From assembly GCA_963693365.1 (NCBI GenBank), contig CAVNZM010000004.1:13762524-13826523 (forward strand): a stretch of DNA of 64,000 nucleotides, read 5' to 3'. Below are positions 62,801 through 64,000 of the stretch, in pieces. The position numbers and the translations under genes are program-made. Source of the DNA: Amoebidium appalachense (Eukaryota > Protista > Ichthyosporea). Position 1 is the first letter of the stretch. Each line of letters starts with the position of its first letter. The notes under the pieces are model-generated. The model saw only the letters and a list, made by a program, of their open reading frames with translations, was not told the DNA's origin and ran no database searches.

Positions 62801-63403
62801 GGGTGAAGACGGGCAAGTGTGTACTTGCTGCGTGTAAACACAGCATGTCAATTCTTTTTAGATCTTAAAAGTAAACCCGTGGCCGGCCGGATCCCAGCTG
62901 TGTTCCCCATGCCTCCCAAACCTCCAACCGGTCCCCCACACAAATACCCACAGGCCCTCCGCCAAAGTCACGTTTTGCAAACATTCGCAAGCCCACTTTT
63001 CTCCTGATCCTCCAAGTCCCTCCTAACTAACTAAGTCCCTCCAGGCTCGTTCTCCCCATAGCTTTCCACGCTTCGAACCCACACAACAAGATCCCAATCT
63101 GTCACAACTTGCCTTGAGAATGCCTCCCTTTGTCATAACCTTCTGGCGCTCTGGTGCCACGCCGGTCAGCGCATACAGCTGCGTCTTGAACAAGAGGGGG
63201 GGCTCGTCTGTTTCCAGGTCCACATCATACTTGTTCTTCTGCCATTTCACCGACACTGCAATATAAATACAGTCAGTAACGGGAAAGGTAGGGAGTGATG
63301 AATCGGGCCATTTCACTCTCCTATCAGAAAGACATTCATAGGGGTTGCACTCACACTTCCAAGGACGTGGGTGGCGTTACAACATACCTTTTATGACTGG
63401 CAT
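51444..63403 (-). CDS. USP14: Ubiquitin-specific protease 14 / Ubp6 (UBL + USP domain), ~18 exons
   Basis: MPVIKVSVKWQK..EPPLLFKTQLYALTGVAPERQKVMTKGG; KFVEDMAE; Cys box GLRNLGNTCYLNATLQCL; QQDSSECW; RLPAYLTVEFVRFFWK; His box LTHQGRSADSGHYVAWVR; WLKFDDD; LSGGGDWHMAYLLLY. Start is at 63403 and stop at 51444-51446. Confidence 0.96.
52946..53124. mobile_element. ~180-bp hairpin (foldback) MITE in a USP14 intron, TA at both ends
   Basis: TAGCCCCAAATTTCGGCCTCGCCAGCG...TGACGTCATCAGATGG / TTATCTGATGACGTCA...CGCTGGCGGGGCGGAACTTTGGGGCTA; an imperfect palindrome over its whole length. Confidence 0.8.
53613..53875 (-). repeat. 35-bp intronic minisatellite, ~7.5 copies, adjacent to a USP14 acceptor
   Basis: GGTGGTGGGAACACACCGGGGGAATAATGTGGCTT units. 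Confidence 0.93.
55845..56118 (-). repeat. 32-bp intronic minisatellite, ~8-9 copies, abutting a USP14 acceptor
   Basis: CAATCAAATTCAGTTGCGCGTCTATGCTTCTC units; on the minus strand the array ends CTGATTGGTGCAG|exon. Confidence 0.92.
58908..59574 (-). repeat. 30-bp intronic minisatellite, ~22 copies, starting at a USP14 donor
   Basis: CACACAGCAACAGGCAGGCAGTGTCTAACC units; on the minus strand the first unit begins with the donor GTGGGT. Confidence 0.95.
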
Positions 63404-63913
63404 CTTCGCGTTAGAAGCTTCTAAACCCCCTTATCCTTTGTACTGTAGCACTCAACAACGAAATATTTTGGAGGTGCAGCGATCTGGGGCAACTGCAGCG
63501 CTGCGCTGGCGGATCTGTTGTTGGCAACCGTGATGATGTCATCAGGCTGCACATTTCACCGGATTTCATATTTTCAACATGGTTTTCCGGTGTTTGCAGG
63601 TGCATGGTGTACATCCAATCATATAATTCTAGAAAGAATCAAAATTTGGCGGGCTGCCCTGATGCTTACGTAAGTTTGCCGTTGCTGGCTTGAAGGACGT
63701 GTGCCGAATTGCCAATGATCAGAGGGAGTGTGCCGAAGTTGTTAGAGGCTGACCATGCAAAGCACTTGTGACATGCAGAAGGAACTTGTATAAGCACACC
63801 TACACGACTATATTAAGAAAGACCTCTTTAGATTTTTTTGTTGTCCAAGCAGATGTCGATGTATACATGAGTAGAGCAAACACAAGTAGAGGTCACTGTT
63901 AGGGTCAGGTAGA

Positions 63914-63972
63914 ATGGCAGAGGCGGAGGCTTACGAGGGGGAGGTGGCGACGGAGGAGCAGCTGGAAGAAGG
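63914..63972 (+). CDS. Possible first coding exon of a gene divergent from USP14 (MAEAEAYEGEVATEEQLEE...)
   Basis: ATG, acidic reading frame and a GTAGGT donor near the window end; too short to identify. Confidence 0.3.
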
Positions 63973-64000
63973 GTAGGTACCCTGCTCCCATAGTATGTGC

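Overview
Eukaryotic nuclear DNA with many introns and dense (CA)n/(GT)n and poly-G/C tracts. It is probably a unicellular holozoan such as an ichthyosporean; this is an inference from gene style and content. Positions 1-~1045 are an AT-rich mitochondrial LSU rRNA (rnl) fragment, either a NUMT or a chimeric join, with three group I introns at E. coli-equivalent sites L2500, L2504 and L2584 and a 4-nt micro-exon. A 378-bp near-perfect GC-rich palindrome follows. The genes are: a two-exon equilibrative nucleoside transporter (+); an XBP1/HAC1-like bZIP factor (-); a ~26-kb multi-exon coiled-coil gene ending in a PACT domain (pericentrin/AKAP9/Pcp1-like, +); two paralogous coiled-coil + unknown-domain genes (+), the second disrupted; and USP14/Ubp6 (-). 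The strongest signal is a complete UPR module readable from sequence in the bZIP gene. It has a dual IRE1 stem-loop with a 20-nt unconventional intron, a frameshift that swaps a hydrophobic tail for an acidic tail, and an exact ERSE (CCAAT-N9-CCACG) in the promoter. Several MITE/foldback elements and intronic minisatellites built from splice-signal sequence are also present. All calls are by eye; no database searches were run, and internal exon boundaries of the long genes are approximate.
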